Shown one piece after another: positions 12,015 through 25,900 of a stretch of 64,000 bases of DNA. The DNA is taken from NCBI RefSeq assembly GCF_003704095.1, contig NW_020847607.1, forward strand, positions 248,001-312,000, written 5' to 3'. The first letter of the stretch is position 1; each line of letters begins with the position of its first letter. The DNA comes from Pocillopora damicornis. Its lineage: Eukaryota. The position numbers and the translations under genes are program-made. The notes beneath the pieces are model-generated. The model was not told where the DNA came from and did no database searches. It saw nothing but the letters and a program-made list of their open reading frames with translations.

Positions 12015-15000
12015 TGTCAAATTCAACTGTCATTACGTACCGTCCGTGGTGATATGATGTTATCTGTCTTTCATGACATAAAATCGAGGCTTATTTGTCC
12101 TGCTTTATGCTTTCAGTGTGTTTTCTTTCCTTTGAGGATTTTTTATTCATGTCAATATTTTTTACTTCGTAAAGAAGAAGAAAACTTATTTTTGTGCGAA
12201 TCACGCATTTTGCATGTGTTCTACTGTTTCAGTGGTCGCCCTAGGTTGAACAATTTTCACTTCTGTGTTCAGTTGTTAATTAAGTTTGTTCACGAATAGT
12301 AATTGGCATTGTTTGTATTCCTAAAACAATTTTTGCTCCATTAAACACAGAGCCAGCGTCCTATGGGGTGCTTGATACATTTTGTAGAGGTTTCTCAGTA
12401 TTCAAGATCGACAAGTCTGATTATTCTACAATGAGTGTTTATTATAATCCTTGGTCTCAGAGAGCATAGTTTCCTTTCTTAGATAGTCCCTTGATAAGTG
12501 GCTTCAATACCAAACACTAGTGCGGCGTCCAAATCCGGTAATATTGGTACATGTTCCTGTGAAAATCGAACCCTTCAATTTGAAATGACGGAGTTGAGAG
12601 AGAGAAGTTTTTTTATCATGTCTCGGGCGAGGGACAAAGAGAAAAATTTCGAGTACCCATGAGGAGTCGAAAATACCGTAATAATTCATGGAATTACGGT
12701 ATTTTAGTGCTACGTGACGACAAGAAATATACGCTACATATATACAAGGGAAATATTCTCGCGCTTGGAAAACACTTGAGGAGCTAAACCATAAGATAAG
12801 GAGAGCCTTAAAGGTGCTTGACGAGGGCAGGAGCCCATTACTTAGTAAAGGCTCCTGACGAAGAGTAATCTTTTTCTAGTTCCTAGTCCTCTAAACAACC
12901 GGGATGAATTGACCGTGACGACATGGGAGAAAGTAGAACAAGAAATGTGCGCTAGAGAGCGGAAAACAAAGAAGAGACAGTTCTATCTCCCACGAGAAAC
13001 CGAGCCAGTAATCTCGAGAGAAAAAAGAACTTTCCTTTTTACCACGTTCGTTACAAGTGAACAACAATTTTCCAATGACGCATCCTCTATTGATGCGAAT
13101 GTCTTTAGTCCTTTGTCGATTCTTTTCAGTCACGGCATGGTATATCAGCCCTCGTTCACTCCTTTCCGCATTCCTGCGTGCCAAGTAAAATACAAATGAA
13201 ATGCAATAATTCTATCCTGCCTTTTGAACGTTTCGAAACTTTTACCATCGTTTAATCATTATAAAAACCTCCTGCTTGATTTCGAAAAGATAGGAAATGT
13301 TCTCAGACATTTAAAAACCACTAGAGGGAATTTGAAACAGTTCTCACAAATGTTATGAATAGTTTTGGTGACCTTTATCTTTTCTAGATCAAGAGATATT
13401 TTCACTGCGGTTTTTTGTTTACTCGACACACTGATGAGTGGAATACTAATCCTTGAACATGTCAAAAGACCGAAAATAACAGCCAATAAGAAAGACAAAA
13501 AACTATTACCACACTTTAAAAGACTGATGTTCCGAAGAGACTCTTTCACACCAAAAACAAAGAGCCACTATAGTTCGTATTGATTACTTCCTCACAAAAT
13601 CATCTCTTGTCAAGTATAATTTACGCTGCAACAAAAGCCTTCTTTTATATCTTATGATTTGTTTCTTTAATCTCTTTTTCGAAGATATTTGAGTCAATTT
13701 TCAACTGGCTATATTTCATTTCATTCTATTCCTGTCCCGCAAAATTCATGGTAGCAAACTGACCAGTGTAATGCGTCGCGAATCAGTAAAAAATGTTTTC
13801 GTTACAAATGCATCCTTGAACTCCATATACTAGCCGATATAAAATCACCTGTATCATGAATTCCAACAACGTCGCTTCAGTCGTGAGAACAGTTGTTATG
13901 TTCTGTCTAGGCTTTCAGACAAAAAAAGGCACGTTTAATATTTCTTCGCTTCCGACGGAAAAGTTTTGAACAAGTGATGCATATCTGCATCCAGTATTCA
14001 CCCGAGAACACAACAAGCTTTTGAAAATGATTAAACGCCAAATTTTGAACGATCACAGTATGGTTGTTAAACAACGCAGATATGAACTCAAGGATTCAGC
14101 AAATCGATAGGTAAGGCTGTTTTGTATATATTTGAACGGCAAACTCAGTACAAACCGCATCAGAGAGATTCACTGACTGTAATTTAAATTTTTGTCAGCT
14201 TCTTCAATTGAAGTTTACCGACGAGGACCATTTCGTTACTCTTTTGTCTCTCGTTAAGTTCATTATATTTTGGTATGCGTAGACCTTAAAGATGTAAAAT
14301 TTCGAAACAATTCTTTTGAAGCACCAAATTCGACACCGCGCTTTTGAAGCAGGGTTGAGAATGCGGAGGAATGGGTCGAGAAGCGCGTAGCTTCAGGGTT
14401 TGGTTTTCGGGTTTTCTCGTTGTTGTTTGGCCATAAACCACAATTACGCCTACAAACCCCAAAATCAAAAGCAAGGTATGCCATGAAGCCTGCCAAGCCT
14501 CAAGTGCAATCGAAAACTCTGATATCAATTTCTCACACATCGGGAATAAACTTGAGCTACTACCGCGCCAGTTGCTAGAACACAGAAAGAAACCTTCCCG
14601 CTTCTCTGTATGGCTTTGCGGGTTGTGCACTCAGGCCATAAATCAAAGGAGAAATCTCTTGATCCTTAACCTACAAAACGGACTTCGAACTGGGTTGTTA
14701 AGAGGCATTAATTCATTTGCCGCTCGAATGCACTGCAGGTTCGCTAATTGACAGCTTCTCAGACAAACTTAATTTTTATTATTCCATACTTTCTGAATAA
14801 ATCTTATTAATCCTATCATACACACGTGGCATACGATAGCCTTGTCTGGTGTAGTTTGCCGAAAGAAGTGTGAATACTTTCTGCTCGATCAACTAGCTTT
14901 CCCAAGGGTGACATTATTGCAATCTTGACTCCAATACCCATAACACGTGAATTTCGAGCGTTCTTTGCGTGAAAATTTCGTTTAGAGAGAGATTCAAAAA

Positions 15001-15514
15001 ATTGAAAAAAAAACTGTAAACAAAAGAAAAAAAGGAAATTAAATAAGCCTCTTAATAATTAGTGACCTAGTAATTAAGTGCCATCCGCTGTGGAAGGATT
15101 TTTTTTTTCGAAATCTCTTGTGAAAACGAAACGCGCAAAATATCAATTTCTCTCAGAGCTGCATTGGGACTGTTCATTATCTGCATGTCTGGTGCCTGGG
15201 TGTGTCTGTGTATGTGTGTTAAGGGGGGGGGGGTGGGGAAATCGTGTCATGATAAAACTTACCTGATTCCCCATGCCAGCCTCTGTAATAGCCTCCTCCA
15301 CTCACTAACAATTACTTGTCAGTCAATTTTCTATAAACTTTTTTATATACATATATATAAGAACGACTACTTTTGGGGCTGAGGCTCAAAGTTCTTTTAT
15401 TGCGATTTGAGCCTAAAAACGTTCTGTACGTGTTCTTAAGGTTGTGTGGTGTGGTATTTCAATTTGAGTTAATTATCCCTTCTCGCACAAAAAAAGACCA
15501 AAACAAAGAGGTCC

Positions 15515-15723
15515 TTAACCCTTTAAGTCCTAGATCAAATTTGTAATTATCCTTCTTGTCAACCATACAATTCTTATGGTGTTAGTTCAGAGAATTTAGT
15601 ATTGGGTCAATACTTATCCCCAAATTGATATTTTCTATATTCTCAATACTAATCTAGTTGATATTGTACTGATATTATGGGGAGAAATTCTGTCTTAGTC
15701 ACTCATGGGAGTTAAAGGGTTAA
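15515..15723. mobile_element. TTAA-flanked MITE (piggyBac-like ends)
   Basis: ttaaccctttaa ... ttaaagggttaa inverted termini; body similar to 57907-58257 and 59720-59928. Confidence 0.75.
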
Positions 15724-17045
15724 CTGACTCTCAGCCTGGGTATCCCCGCCCTAGGTGTGTTTTTGAAAATTTTGCCTGGACTTTTTTGTAAAAAAGGAAT
15801 AAAAAATTGTCCCCTCTTTATACTATGTTGGCGACGTCTGGTTCTCTCTCCATTTCCCCAGAGAACCATGTGACTCCCCCTAAAAATCCTCTCCTCTTCC
15901 CCCCCCCCCCCCTCCCCTCCTTCAGATTGATCCCTGGGAGTAACTCTTACTAGAGTGACGATAGCCCGTGGGAGTACTCCCCGCGGACGGTCAACTGGGG
16001 CTCGATCCATCGTAAAGGGCTTACCTTTCATTCTACTCTTTGTCCTCCCCCGGGAAATGTTTATGACATCTTTCGGTAACAGGTGTAAATTTGGACAATT
16101 TTGGTACTGGATATTGTTTTTAAGGGAATCATGAGAGCGTGTGAGTGTGACTATATCTCCAGCTCCTGATGAAAAGCACCAAAAGAGAGGGAGAAACATT
16201 GTTTAACATCATGTGAATAATTCCGCACTGATGCGAAGCTAATTTACCCAGCAACAAAACGTCAAGGATTGTTAAGCCAAATACAAAGTGAAGAGGCCAC
16301 CAAAAGAGACAGGTTAGGGTTCCAGAACCTGCCTTTCTATTCTTTGAATTTTGATTTTAAAATATGCCCTGGGGCCCCGTTAAGTTACCGGAACTTTCGA
16401 GAAACGGGCATCTGAAGTCTCAAAACAGCTGTTGAAAATGATATTTTTGCAATGAAATATATACGGTTAGGATTTGGAGAACTAGGCAGGGCTCTTTTCG
16501 TAAGATTTCCAAGAACCTCCCTCCTCATCGTACCTGCAGTGGATACAAAATAATTGCTTTAGAAAACGTTCATCATCCTGTCAGATTAAATTAAACGGTT
16601 CAATCAATCTGTTCCTTCCCACGTATTAACCAATCACTGAGTGGGTCATACGTTCATGACTAAGCTGCGCTAATTTGAGTTGCGTAATCGTAGGTCATTT
16701 TGTATCAAAGATGTCCAAAAAGGGACAGGCCAAAATCTAAACCATGCCTGCCAAGAAGACTGTTACGGTGTAATCTAACCAACAGAAAAACACTACAATC
16801 CCACAAACGCAACTACTTTATTAAACAGCGAGTAATGTTCTTAACAAGGTGCGACTTCTAAAAGCAGTACAATACTTATCGTTAATAAACTTAATTAGCC
16901 CACCACAGTCTATATCCTAGCTCACCACTAACACAATCTCACTGTTGTCTCCAAAATTCCTTGAAATGAGCAATCTTCCGCAGTAACTCTCTCTCGGCAT
17001 AGCTTTCAAAACAGTCGTCGCTCCGACAACAACAATTAATCCTAC

Positions 17046-17048
<3 letters not shown>

Positions 17049-17081
<33 letters not shown>
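17049..17081. repeat. (TA)n microsatellite
   Basis: About 16 uninterrupted TA units. Confidence 0.95.
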
Positions 17082-17084
<3 letters not shown>

Positions 17085-17090
17085 CAAAGT

Positions 17091-17110
17091 GTTCTGGAAT
17101 ATTCCAGAAG
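17091..17110. promoter_or_regulatory. Heat-shock element, four perfect alternating nGAAn units
   Basis: gTTCtgGAAtaTTCcaGAAg; a second three-unit HSE (TTCtaGAAagTTC) at 17168-17180. Confidence 0.6.
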
Positions 17111-17198
17111 CTTGCATAAGAACTATTTTAGAAGCATTACATAATAAATAAGTGACTTGATGAAATGTTCTAGAAAGTTCTACGGTATGCAAGTCAGC

Positions 17199-17209
17199 AT
17201 GACTCAGCA
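17199..17209 (+). promoter_or_regulatory. Antioxidant response element / NF-E2 (AP-1 + Maf) consensus
   Basis: ATGACTCAGCA, immediately preceded by a second Maf half-site GTCAGCA. Confidence 0.5.
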
Positions 17210-18150
17210 GTTTGAATATTTCCACTGGTACTTATTAGTGCCAGACCCCTCGCACACATCTTACCAGCCTGTTTGACATGTTTCGAACTTTTCGCGGTCG
17301 AATAATTTGTTTCATGCCTCAGCGTTAATAATGAGGGCCTACTGGCAAGCTAAAAGAAAAAAAATAATACTTTAAAACCGATAAAGGCAGAGTAATCTCT
17401 GTTACTAAGAATCTATGGAACTTTACTGGAAAAATGCGTGCACAGAGAGGAAATCTACCCTTTCGCGCCCTCGAAAAAAAAACCAGTTTTTGCTATTTAT
17501 ACATAACCCACCAGAACGTGAAACGTTTAATTTTGCCTCAAGAGTACGCTTGTTACCCAATACTTATATTGGCAAAAAAATCAATCGACCATATATCATT
17601 CTAATTGCTCAGATTCTAAAAGGCTCTGTATGGACGCATATCGACAACAGTGTCTGGAAGTATCGACTAACTGTGCAAAAAAATTCGTCCAATCTATATG
17701 TTTCTTGTTTTGCTGAAGGATCCGTCGATGGTTTAATCCGGAAGTGCAAATTTAGCAACTGCAGCAACGCAAACGTAAAGCGCGCGCGTATTGTCTTTGT
17801 CACGGAACAATTTTGTAGGCATGTGGGCAGACAATCTGATAAGAATTGCTTTTCCCTACTTTTTGCCATTGTTCATCATCCGATTAAAAACGCGCAGGTT
17901 GCTTAAATCTCGTTGAAAATCATTCCGTGGCTTTAATACATCGAGAAAGAAGAGGTAACAAGGTCGGCGTAACAGAGGGCTAAAAGAGGTGACTGAAAGG
18001 CAGGTGACGAGAGGCATAGGGCACGGTTTCCCACCGAAAAAAAATTGTTTTTCACTGTTTCCCATTTTTTTTCGTTATATTGGAAGGAGGCGCGGCTATC
18101 ACCCTCCCTAGCCCTGCCGTCAGCTCCGTCGTCGCGCCCCGGGCTTTTTC

Positions 18151-18174
18151 GTTGTTGTTGTTGTTGTTGTTGTT
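18151..18174. repeat. (GTT)n microsatellite
   Basis: Eight GTT units. Confidence 0.9.
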
Positions 18175-19689
18175 TTTCTTTCAGTGTTTATTTTCCATTA
18201 TTATTAAAAAATCTTTTAGACTAGTGTAGCCAAGCGCAAGACGGACCGTGGGAGCGGTTAAAAATCATGCCTGTTCTTAAGGCAAAGAGTAATCCTGTAC
18301 CGTTTCAATGAAGTGAATGTCTATCAGTTCATTGTGACTTTGACAGATATTTTAATCAGTCATATTGAGAGAGAATTGTTGTCAGATTTCTATAATTCTT
18401 TCTTCGTGAACGCCACATCAAATATCTCTTTTAGGGCCACGTTATATTGGTTTCCTTCCTTCTAAAATTTTTCTACTCCTAATTTCGATGAACTGATATT
18501 AACCCTCTTCTTTCTTATCTTAGGTGCAAATTTAGGCGGCATCTATGTATTTTTTTGTGTGTGTATTTGCACGCCTGTTGACTGAATTAACCTTGTTTTA
18601 GTGCGTCTATTTTGCCCCTTCTGGGACGGCATGTAATAGGATTTCCGCCTGATCCGCCAAGCTGTATGAAAGGTCACTGTACACCATCTAAGCTCAGTTT
18701 GTTTTCTTGAGAGCTAAAAAAAGGATCCTCTAAAAAGAACCGTCTCTAATATTACCGCAGACAGCAAGATAACCTCGTGTTATATTTATAGTAGTTGTGG
18801 TTCCTTACTAGCGAGTGGTGGTCAATTGAGGTCGGCCCTCATCTTGCCTCTAAAGTAAAAGAAAAGTTACCGAAGTAGTAATTTTCCAAAAAGGAAACGT
18901 TGTTTTTTAGGATTCCATTCGGGCATGAGAATTTTACATCCCAGATCCCAAGGTGTTTATAGGATTCAAGGTTTTATTTCGCGCTAAAAAAGGAATTGTT
19001 AATCTAGTTACCGTTTTTCAATTTGAGGGATAATCTTCGTTGATAACCCCACGTCGATAATGTATACCTAGTCTTCACAAATATGGTTTTCCCCAGTCAC
19101 AACACATGATATGATAACACATACAGCGAGCTAAAACGTCAAGATATTACGAGTAAATCACTCTTCGCCTCTGTAAAAAGCAATTAGATACAACTTTGTT
19201 TTTATATCAGTACGGTTCTGCATTTTTTCCGCACGATAGCTCTGCAAACCCAAGCAGAATTTGGAATACAATTTTTTACTGGGCCACAGAACTGATCAGG
19301 CGTTCCTTCAACATTGCTTTCTTCCTTCTCTCGGCTTATTGCTCCAAAATGATTAATTCCTGCAAAATATACTGAGGAGGAAAAAATCAAAACAAGAATT
19401 AAGCTTATTTTGTATTTCAGTATCGTTGATTTCCGGTTTAAGTGAATAGTCGATTTTCTTCAATAGAAGAACAAATGAAACTCCGCCGTCTCAGTCGAAT
19501 GTAAATATAGTAATAGACAGATGTTGACACTGACGTCTCAATCGAATGATCAATCTCGAAGACACTGAAAAAAAATTCTTAAGATCAAGTTTACTGCGAT
19601 TAAGTTTCCGGTAGGCGAAACTGGTCGATCGGAGTGAATTTTACGCGCCGTTTTGAGCAAATAGCGGTGTTTATCAAACAGTTCAGTTA

Positions 19690-19820
19690 TTAGCCAATCG
19701 AACCAATCATAAAAAGGGAGAGATAAAGGAAATGTCAGTCAGCCTTTGAACATTATTAGCGTTGAACAAGCGGATGACCAATAATCTGCGCAAGAAACCA
19801 TCTAATGGCAGCACGTGATT
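19690..19820 (+). promoter_or_regulatory. Probable ACVR2 proximal promoter
   Basis: Three CCAAT boxes (about 19694, 19703, 19778) and a CACGTG E-box (about 19812) within 230 nt of the ATG at 19917. Confidence 0.45.
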
Positions 19821-19916
19821 AAACCTGTCAATCAAGCACCACACGAAGTAGCATACGGGGTTTTTAGTTTTCCACGCTTTGGAAAGTTTCGGTCAGTGAG
19901 AGTGTTATACGGAGAT

Positions 19917-22900
19917 ATGAATGTTTGCAATTTTGTAGTGTTTTTTCTGCTATCGTCGGCTGTACACTGCTTAGGTAAGTAAAGAGGGTTTCCAAAGGGA
20001 TTGTCTTAAGTCCTGCATTGTCAGATTAAATCTGATCTGGAATGCTAACTTTCCGAAATGTCTCCAATACGTGAGCTTAGGCGGTAGAACAGAAATCTAT
20101 GCCTTTTTTGTCCACAAGGACATATCTGCTAAATGGTATCCCGGTTTTTCGCAGATCATAGCACGCAATCTACTCATTCTTTGGTTGAAAGGGAATCAGA
20201 ACACTCCGGTGGTTTTTTTCGTTGTTTTTGGACGGTTTGGTCAATGAATTTTGTCTCGTTTCAACCTTGTTTTGGTGCTTACGACGAGAGATGTAGGAAT
20301 CGTGACATGCATTGGAAATTACTGAGTACCTTGTTGTTTACATGTTTCACTATTGATAGCATCTTCTTGTCCAATACTTCTATTCCTCTCTCAAGCTTAC
20401 TAATTTTTTTTTCAAATTAAGGAAGAATTTGAAAGAGTTTTCAATATTTTCGACTGTTTAGAAACATTTGTTGCCGTAAAGTACAGGCTTACTAAAGGTT
20501 AAATGTTGTGACGAGTTGTTTGACATCAATGTACACGGGAACTTCAATTAGTAGAAATCGCTTTCAAGAGAAGATTTTAATGGCCTGCAATCGTAGCCGA
20601 TGACGTGTAATTTTCCTTTAAATTCTTTCTTAACCCCTGTCCATCGTAAAAATTTTTGTATCTTTTTTTTTTTTAGGATGCAATATTCCACCTAGTGACA
20701 TAGTAAGTCGTTCGCATTCGAATTGAAGGTCATTGTTAATGAATTCACAAAACAAAAGTATTCCGTTGCGTTCCTTTTACATTGCCCTCGGCTTTTTATA
20801 GATATATCTTTTTTTTTTCGTTTTTATTTTCCTTTTCTGGATACCCCAAAAAAGCATAGCCATGCTTCCTTGACTTTTCTTGCAAGCGTCTGTCTGCGAA
20901 GACCCTTTTCGAGATTTGTTTGTTTTCCTTCGATTCGCGTACTTTCATAAACAAATGTTCGTATGATTTTGGGCACGCTTATCGAGTTGCCATTTTTTAA
21001 ACCACAAGTTATTCAATACATTAAACTAGATTTTTTTCAAAAATATGCTTTTGTGATACAAGTTCCTTCGACAATGATCGCTTTTCAGAAAACGTGACTC
21101 CAGTAATAGTTGGTTGGCAAAGCTCTAATCGACAATATTGACTTAAGAACAACAAAGTGAGGCTTGCCTTTCAATTGTACATGGTTTAACTAGGTGCATG
21201 TCGCTTTTTAAGCCCTCGTGAATTTGTTTTAATATCCCGAATCCGGAAAATCCTAGCCGACGTGCCCTCGTGTCAAATTTACCTCGAACTTGAGGACCGG
21301 TATGTTATACGTAACCGATGTTGAATAACGTGAGGCCGACTTCTTTCCAAAGTTTTTAATATCGATTGCTACTGTTTTGAAATGTAAAAATAGCTCTGTA
21401 CCTTTCAGTTCGGATTCGTTAGTTTCCGAATATATTAATAGCTTGTCTGTACAGTCTTCAACATCAATAATCCCTTCTTAAAGCTCTAGTATTGCAGTTT
21501 ACACCAAACGTGTGATGATTTTTTAAACGTTATGCTACGAGATTGACGAGGGCAGCTGCGATGACCCTTCTGTAGTGATCTGTGTATAGAGCTTTGATTT
21601 GACACAGTGTGAATCGGTAAAACATGTTGCAATATACGGCTGAAAGTGAAAGAGGAACGTGTAAAACTAGTAACAGAGGGTTTTTTTTTGAGTAATTTGC
21701 CTATAAATTTGTCGGTTTTTTTTTTGTTATTTTACTTCCACAATATATGTATCATTCTTTTATTGATGATCAGTAATTAATACTTCTAAAATGCAGAATG
21801 AACCGTTTTTAATATTATCTCCCATATGCACATTTTCTTGTGTGAAAAATGGACTACACTCAAGGCTGCTTTGTTGCATCAATATGTTGCATTTTTGTTT
21901 CATGGGTCAGTGTTCTTTTGTAGGTGTGCAAGTAAATAGCTCACAGGTTTTCAGCCTTGTGTTTATAAAAATTCCCAGATCTTTAAAAAAACGGGAAAGG
22001 TTTTAATAAAAGATGTCCTTAGATGGACATAATTAAAAACAAAGCCAGGTGCATCACAAAGAACAGTACAATAGTATTGAAAAGATATTGTGCAATATCT
22101 GTACAATTGCATGCCTGGATGTTTCTGCCAGTGAAGCATCACCCAGAAACTGTTACAGTAGACTTTTATAATTTTTGATTAACTTCATTTAGAAAAATTG
22201 TTTTTTGAACAATGTTGTTTTGCAATTCTTGTTATTTGAGGGGAGAGTGTCTCAGTACCAGTAAATGAATAAGCAAGCTTTATTAACTTAGCAGAGTTGT
22301 TTATTTAATTAGTGTTTGAGAAGTCCACGAGGGCTCATAAATTAATTGTTGTTAACAATTCAAGATCTTGCGCAATTTGCCCAAAAGTTTCTCAGCAGCA
22401 TGTGGCTTTTGTTCATTTTGTTGCATTAGACAGCTGCGCCTGTTTGAATTCTATAAAACAGGTGAGCAACGCAACCCTGAAACCCCTGAGTATCTGTCAC
22501 ATAGTTCTCCATTCTTACGAGGTGCATTTCTTGGTTGCTGGGAGAATCTAGTGAGCTATCAAAATAGCAATCTTAAGCTGATAAGTGTGTCTTCACCTGT
22601 AGTAGAATAAAATATTCAAATTCAGAGGAGAAGTGACATATTCCATGGGTGTGGTCTCACCAAAAAAGGCCTTTGTACTGAAATAGCAAATTCACGTGTA
22701 GTCACAAAAATTATAATCGCAGTTAATCATACTCAGACTTGCTGTCTTATCCACAGGTTAAATATGAGTTATATTATGCATTAGTTATATGTTATCAGAA
22801 TCCCTCAGCATTTTAACAGTGATCTTGCTCCTTACATGTTGCTTTATAGCAAAGTGTGTATCATATGTCGCTGAGGGACTATTATGAAATGTTTGCAAGA

Positions 22901-25900
22901 TGTCCATTGTCTTCTGTAGCGTCACAACAAGTATTGAAAAAATAATATCTTTGGTTCTATTGAAAATAGTTCACTAATTCAAAGTTTCTATGATACACTG
23001 ATCAAATTTAATGGATTCTTTTACAAGGCTGCAACACAGGCAGGTGAAATTAGTTTGAATATAGCATTACAGCAAACACTGAGAAAACGAAAATTTTGAG
23101 ACATGATTCTTTCTTTAATTTATTTTAAAATGGAGTCAACAGTGGCACTGCATTATTTCTTGGCAAGGGAAGCTAAATTGAAATTTACTAACAAGCAAAA
23201 ACTCTATGAAAAGTTGACCAGACTACAGTGGTGAACAAACAAACAAATCCACTAGAAACTCAAGATGATCAACTGATATGCGATCCTGCTTAATCACCAG
23301 TTTTTACATTGCTCATTGGAACGAACAATGGCCACTTCATAATAGAGAAAACAATTGCTTAACTCATTCATATTAATTATTCAAACACATCTGAAAATAG
23401 AGATGTAAACTCATCTATCAAAACCAGTATGTGTATGGTCTTATATGTGTACTATGTGCATTTGACTTGTATATCTTGGTCCCCTTATCTCTGAACTACA
23501 CTGTGCATGTTCACTGGCTGAGAAAGGGTGGTCTAGATGGCTTAAGGTCATGACTTAGATACTGAGTCCTCTGAGGCCTGTACAGCATGAGCAAAGGCCA
23601 AATAGTTTTGTGTCTGGTTTAACCCAACTCAGATTACAAGCATTTTATCACGTAACTGCTGCCCTTTCTCCATCACCTTTATTATCTCTTTCTTCTGTCA
23701 GGGCCCAAATGCTTTCTTCAGCCCTGCACAGTCCATATTGTATTAGACAAGCTGGCTTGAATCAGGCCAAAATGATATACAAGAGTCTTTAAGGAATGCA
23801 TCTCTCTTATCTCTCTATGCTTTGTTTTTACTTTGGTCATCCTTGCAATTTTTTATTGATATATACATGTAAAGCCTTCTTCAAATTACTGCCTCATTTT
23901 ATAAAATGTGGTTGTCCATTCTCGATACACTTAATAGGAAATCAATTTTATGTCGAACAAAAAGTTTACATTCCTATTTTGCATTCTGTTGGGTAATGAA
24001 GTGCACTCAATAGGCTTAACATTATAGTTTTTTCTTAAAATTCTGTCAAATAGTCCTGATACAGTCATAAGTCCCATTAGTTACCCAACATACTGTTAAA
24101 TAATTCACAATTTGGATCAAAACCTGTATTGGCCTTTCTTTACAGGAGATCCCAAAAGAGATGGAAAAAGCCCTCGACTGGTGTGTCATTTCTGTAGCAA
24201 GTCTAACAGCAGCCAAAGTGATTGTACATGGATCAACACAACTTGTGATGAGACAAGCAAATACTGTTACACAATGTGGATAAATGACTCTTTAAGTAAA
24301 GGAGGGGTACAACGCGCAGGGTGCTGGCAGCAAAATGCAAACTGTGAAGATTCATTGTGTTTGGGTGAGAAGACACATAATGGGAAAGGTTTTTTCTTTT
24401 GCTGCTGTAATGAAAATCTTTGTAATGGGAATTTCAGTTTACGCCCTGAGACAACAAGATCAACAGTAACTTCTGAACCAAGTAAGTTGAGAATTGAAGA
24501 TTTTACTATCCATATACTTAATGTAACTTAAAACCTCTCATGAACCAAATTTATATGAATTATTTGAACTCATATTTTCTGAAAAATTAAATCCTGGAAC
24601 ATGTGAGAGGTGATGCGAAAAAAATATTACACAAAAAGCTATTAATAAGCAAGGACTAGTAAAGAAAGTTCAATCTGGATTAAGAATGGATATATTTGTG
24701 TTGATCTATGATTAAACCTACGAACATCGAATGGTGGCATGATGCACATTTCTTGTTTGTTGTAACTCATTTTGTTGATCAAAGGGTTGCAATTTATCTA
24801 CATGTACACATATCTTCTCATGCCATTAAGAACCAAGTGTGCCATTAAGCCAGTGTGATTGAGACCTCATGCTTGAAATCAAGGTTATAGTGATCAGTTA
24901 GTCTAAGATGGCGCCCAAACCCTGAAATAGAACAGCATCTGGAAAGAAGCGACACAAACAGTGTGCATTCTCCCAGTGTCAAATGCAATGAATAAATTAT
25001 CAAGGTGTTGTAATCTCCATCATGCATGACCTTTGCGTCTGCCCTCTGGTGGCAAACAGGTTTGCCCAGGAAATCTTTGTGTCACTTAATATTATCATTA
25101 TTTAAGTGTACACTTGGGTTCAAGTGTAGTGGTTTTCTTATCATGCAATGTTAAATAAGTAACAAAGTCCTTTGATAAAAACTTCTTAGTTCTTAAATTT
25201 CAATGACACAAATATATGAAGTTGGTTTCATGTAGTGATTTTTCCCTCCATTTACATTGAAAACAAGCATGTGAATTGAGAAATATAAAAAGGAGAAGAG
25301 TTCATGGGTTAAAGCCCAAGAAGCCTGAGGCAGAAATGAAATAAAATTTGACAAGGAATGACAAGAACATCTCGCTGAAATGGTTATGAGCTCATACTTA
25401 ACTCAGTCTTGGCTGCTAGCAACCAATCAGCAGTCATCAAGAAAAGGTCTGCCGCAGCAGGTCCAAGATGCCTGCAACTTGAGAAATTGAAATTGCCGGC
25501 AAGTGCAATTGTGCCTACAGGCTAAATTCCACTTGCTAGCGGGTAAGGCTTCTAGGTAGGTTTTGTTATACACGATAACTGCAAGTTCCCCCAAACTTTT
25601 TGTCTGTTGAGAGTCTCTTAGGACTGCCTTGGATGGTTCTGTGTCTGTGTTTCTTTCGACTTTTGGCATTTGTAGCAGCCAGGGTGTTGAGAGAAGTTGG
25701 CGCTTTGTCACTTAAAGACATGAAATGTATGAAAAACTTAAGATTGAATTAACTTCTTTTGTTTTTGCACTATTGTGATCTTTTAAACAAATTATTAGGA
25801 TGTGAAAAGTTAACAGATTGCATTGCAATTTGGCTGGATTGCTATTTTAAAATGCCAACTGAAAAAACTGTGTTTGGGATTTCAATTTGGTGAAAAGAGT

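Larger units (their letters stand above)
16761..17210 (-). mobile_element. Putative solo LTR (right boundary uncertain)
   Basis: Minus-strand order: regulatory motifs, (TA)n TATA-like tract, AATAAA (16817-16822), terminal ..GTAACA at 16761. No matching TSD found. Confidence 0.4.

Noticed and set aside
15720-17906. ORFs of 159 aa (15720-16199) and 163 aa (17415-17906)
   Set aside because: No recognisable motifs, low-complexity or repeat-derived segments, no supporting splice structure.
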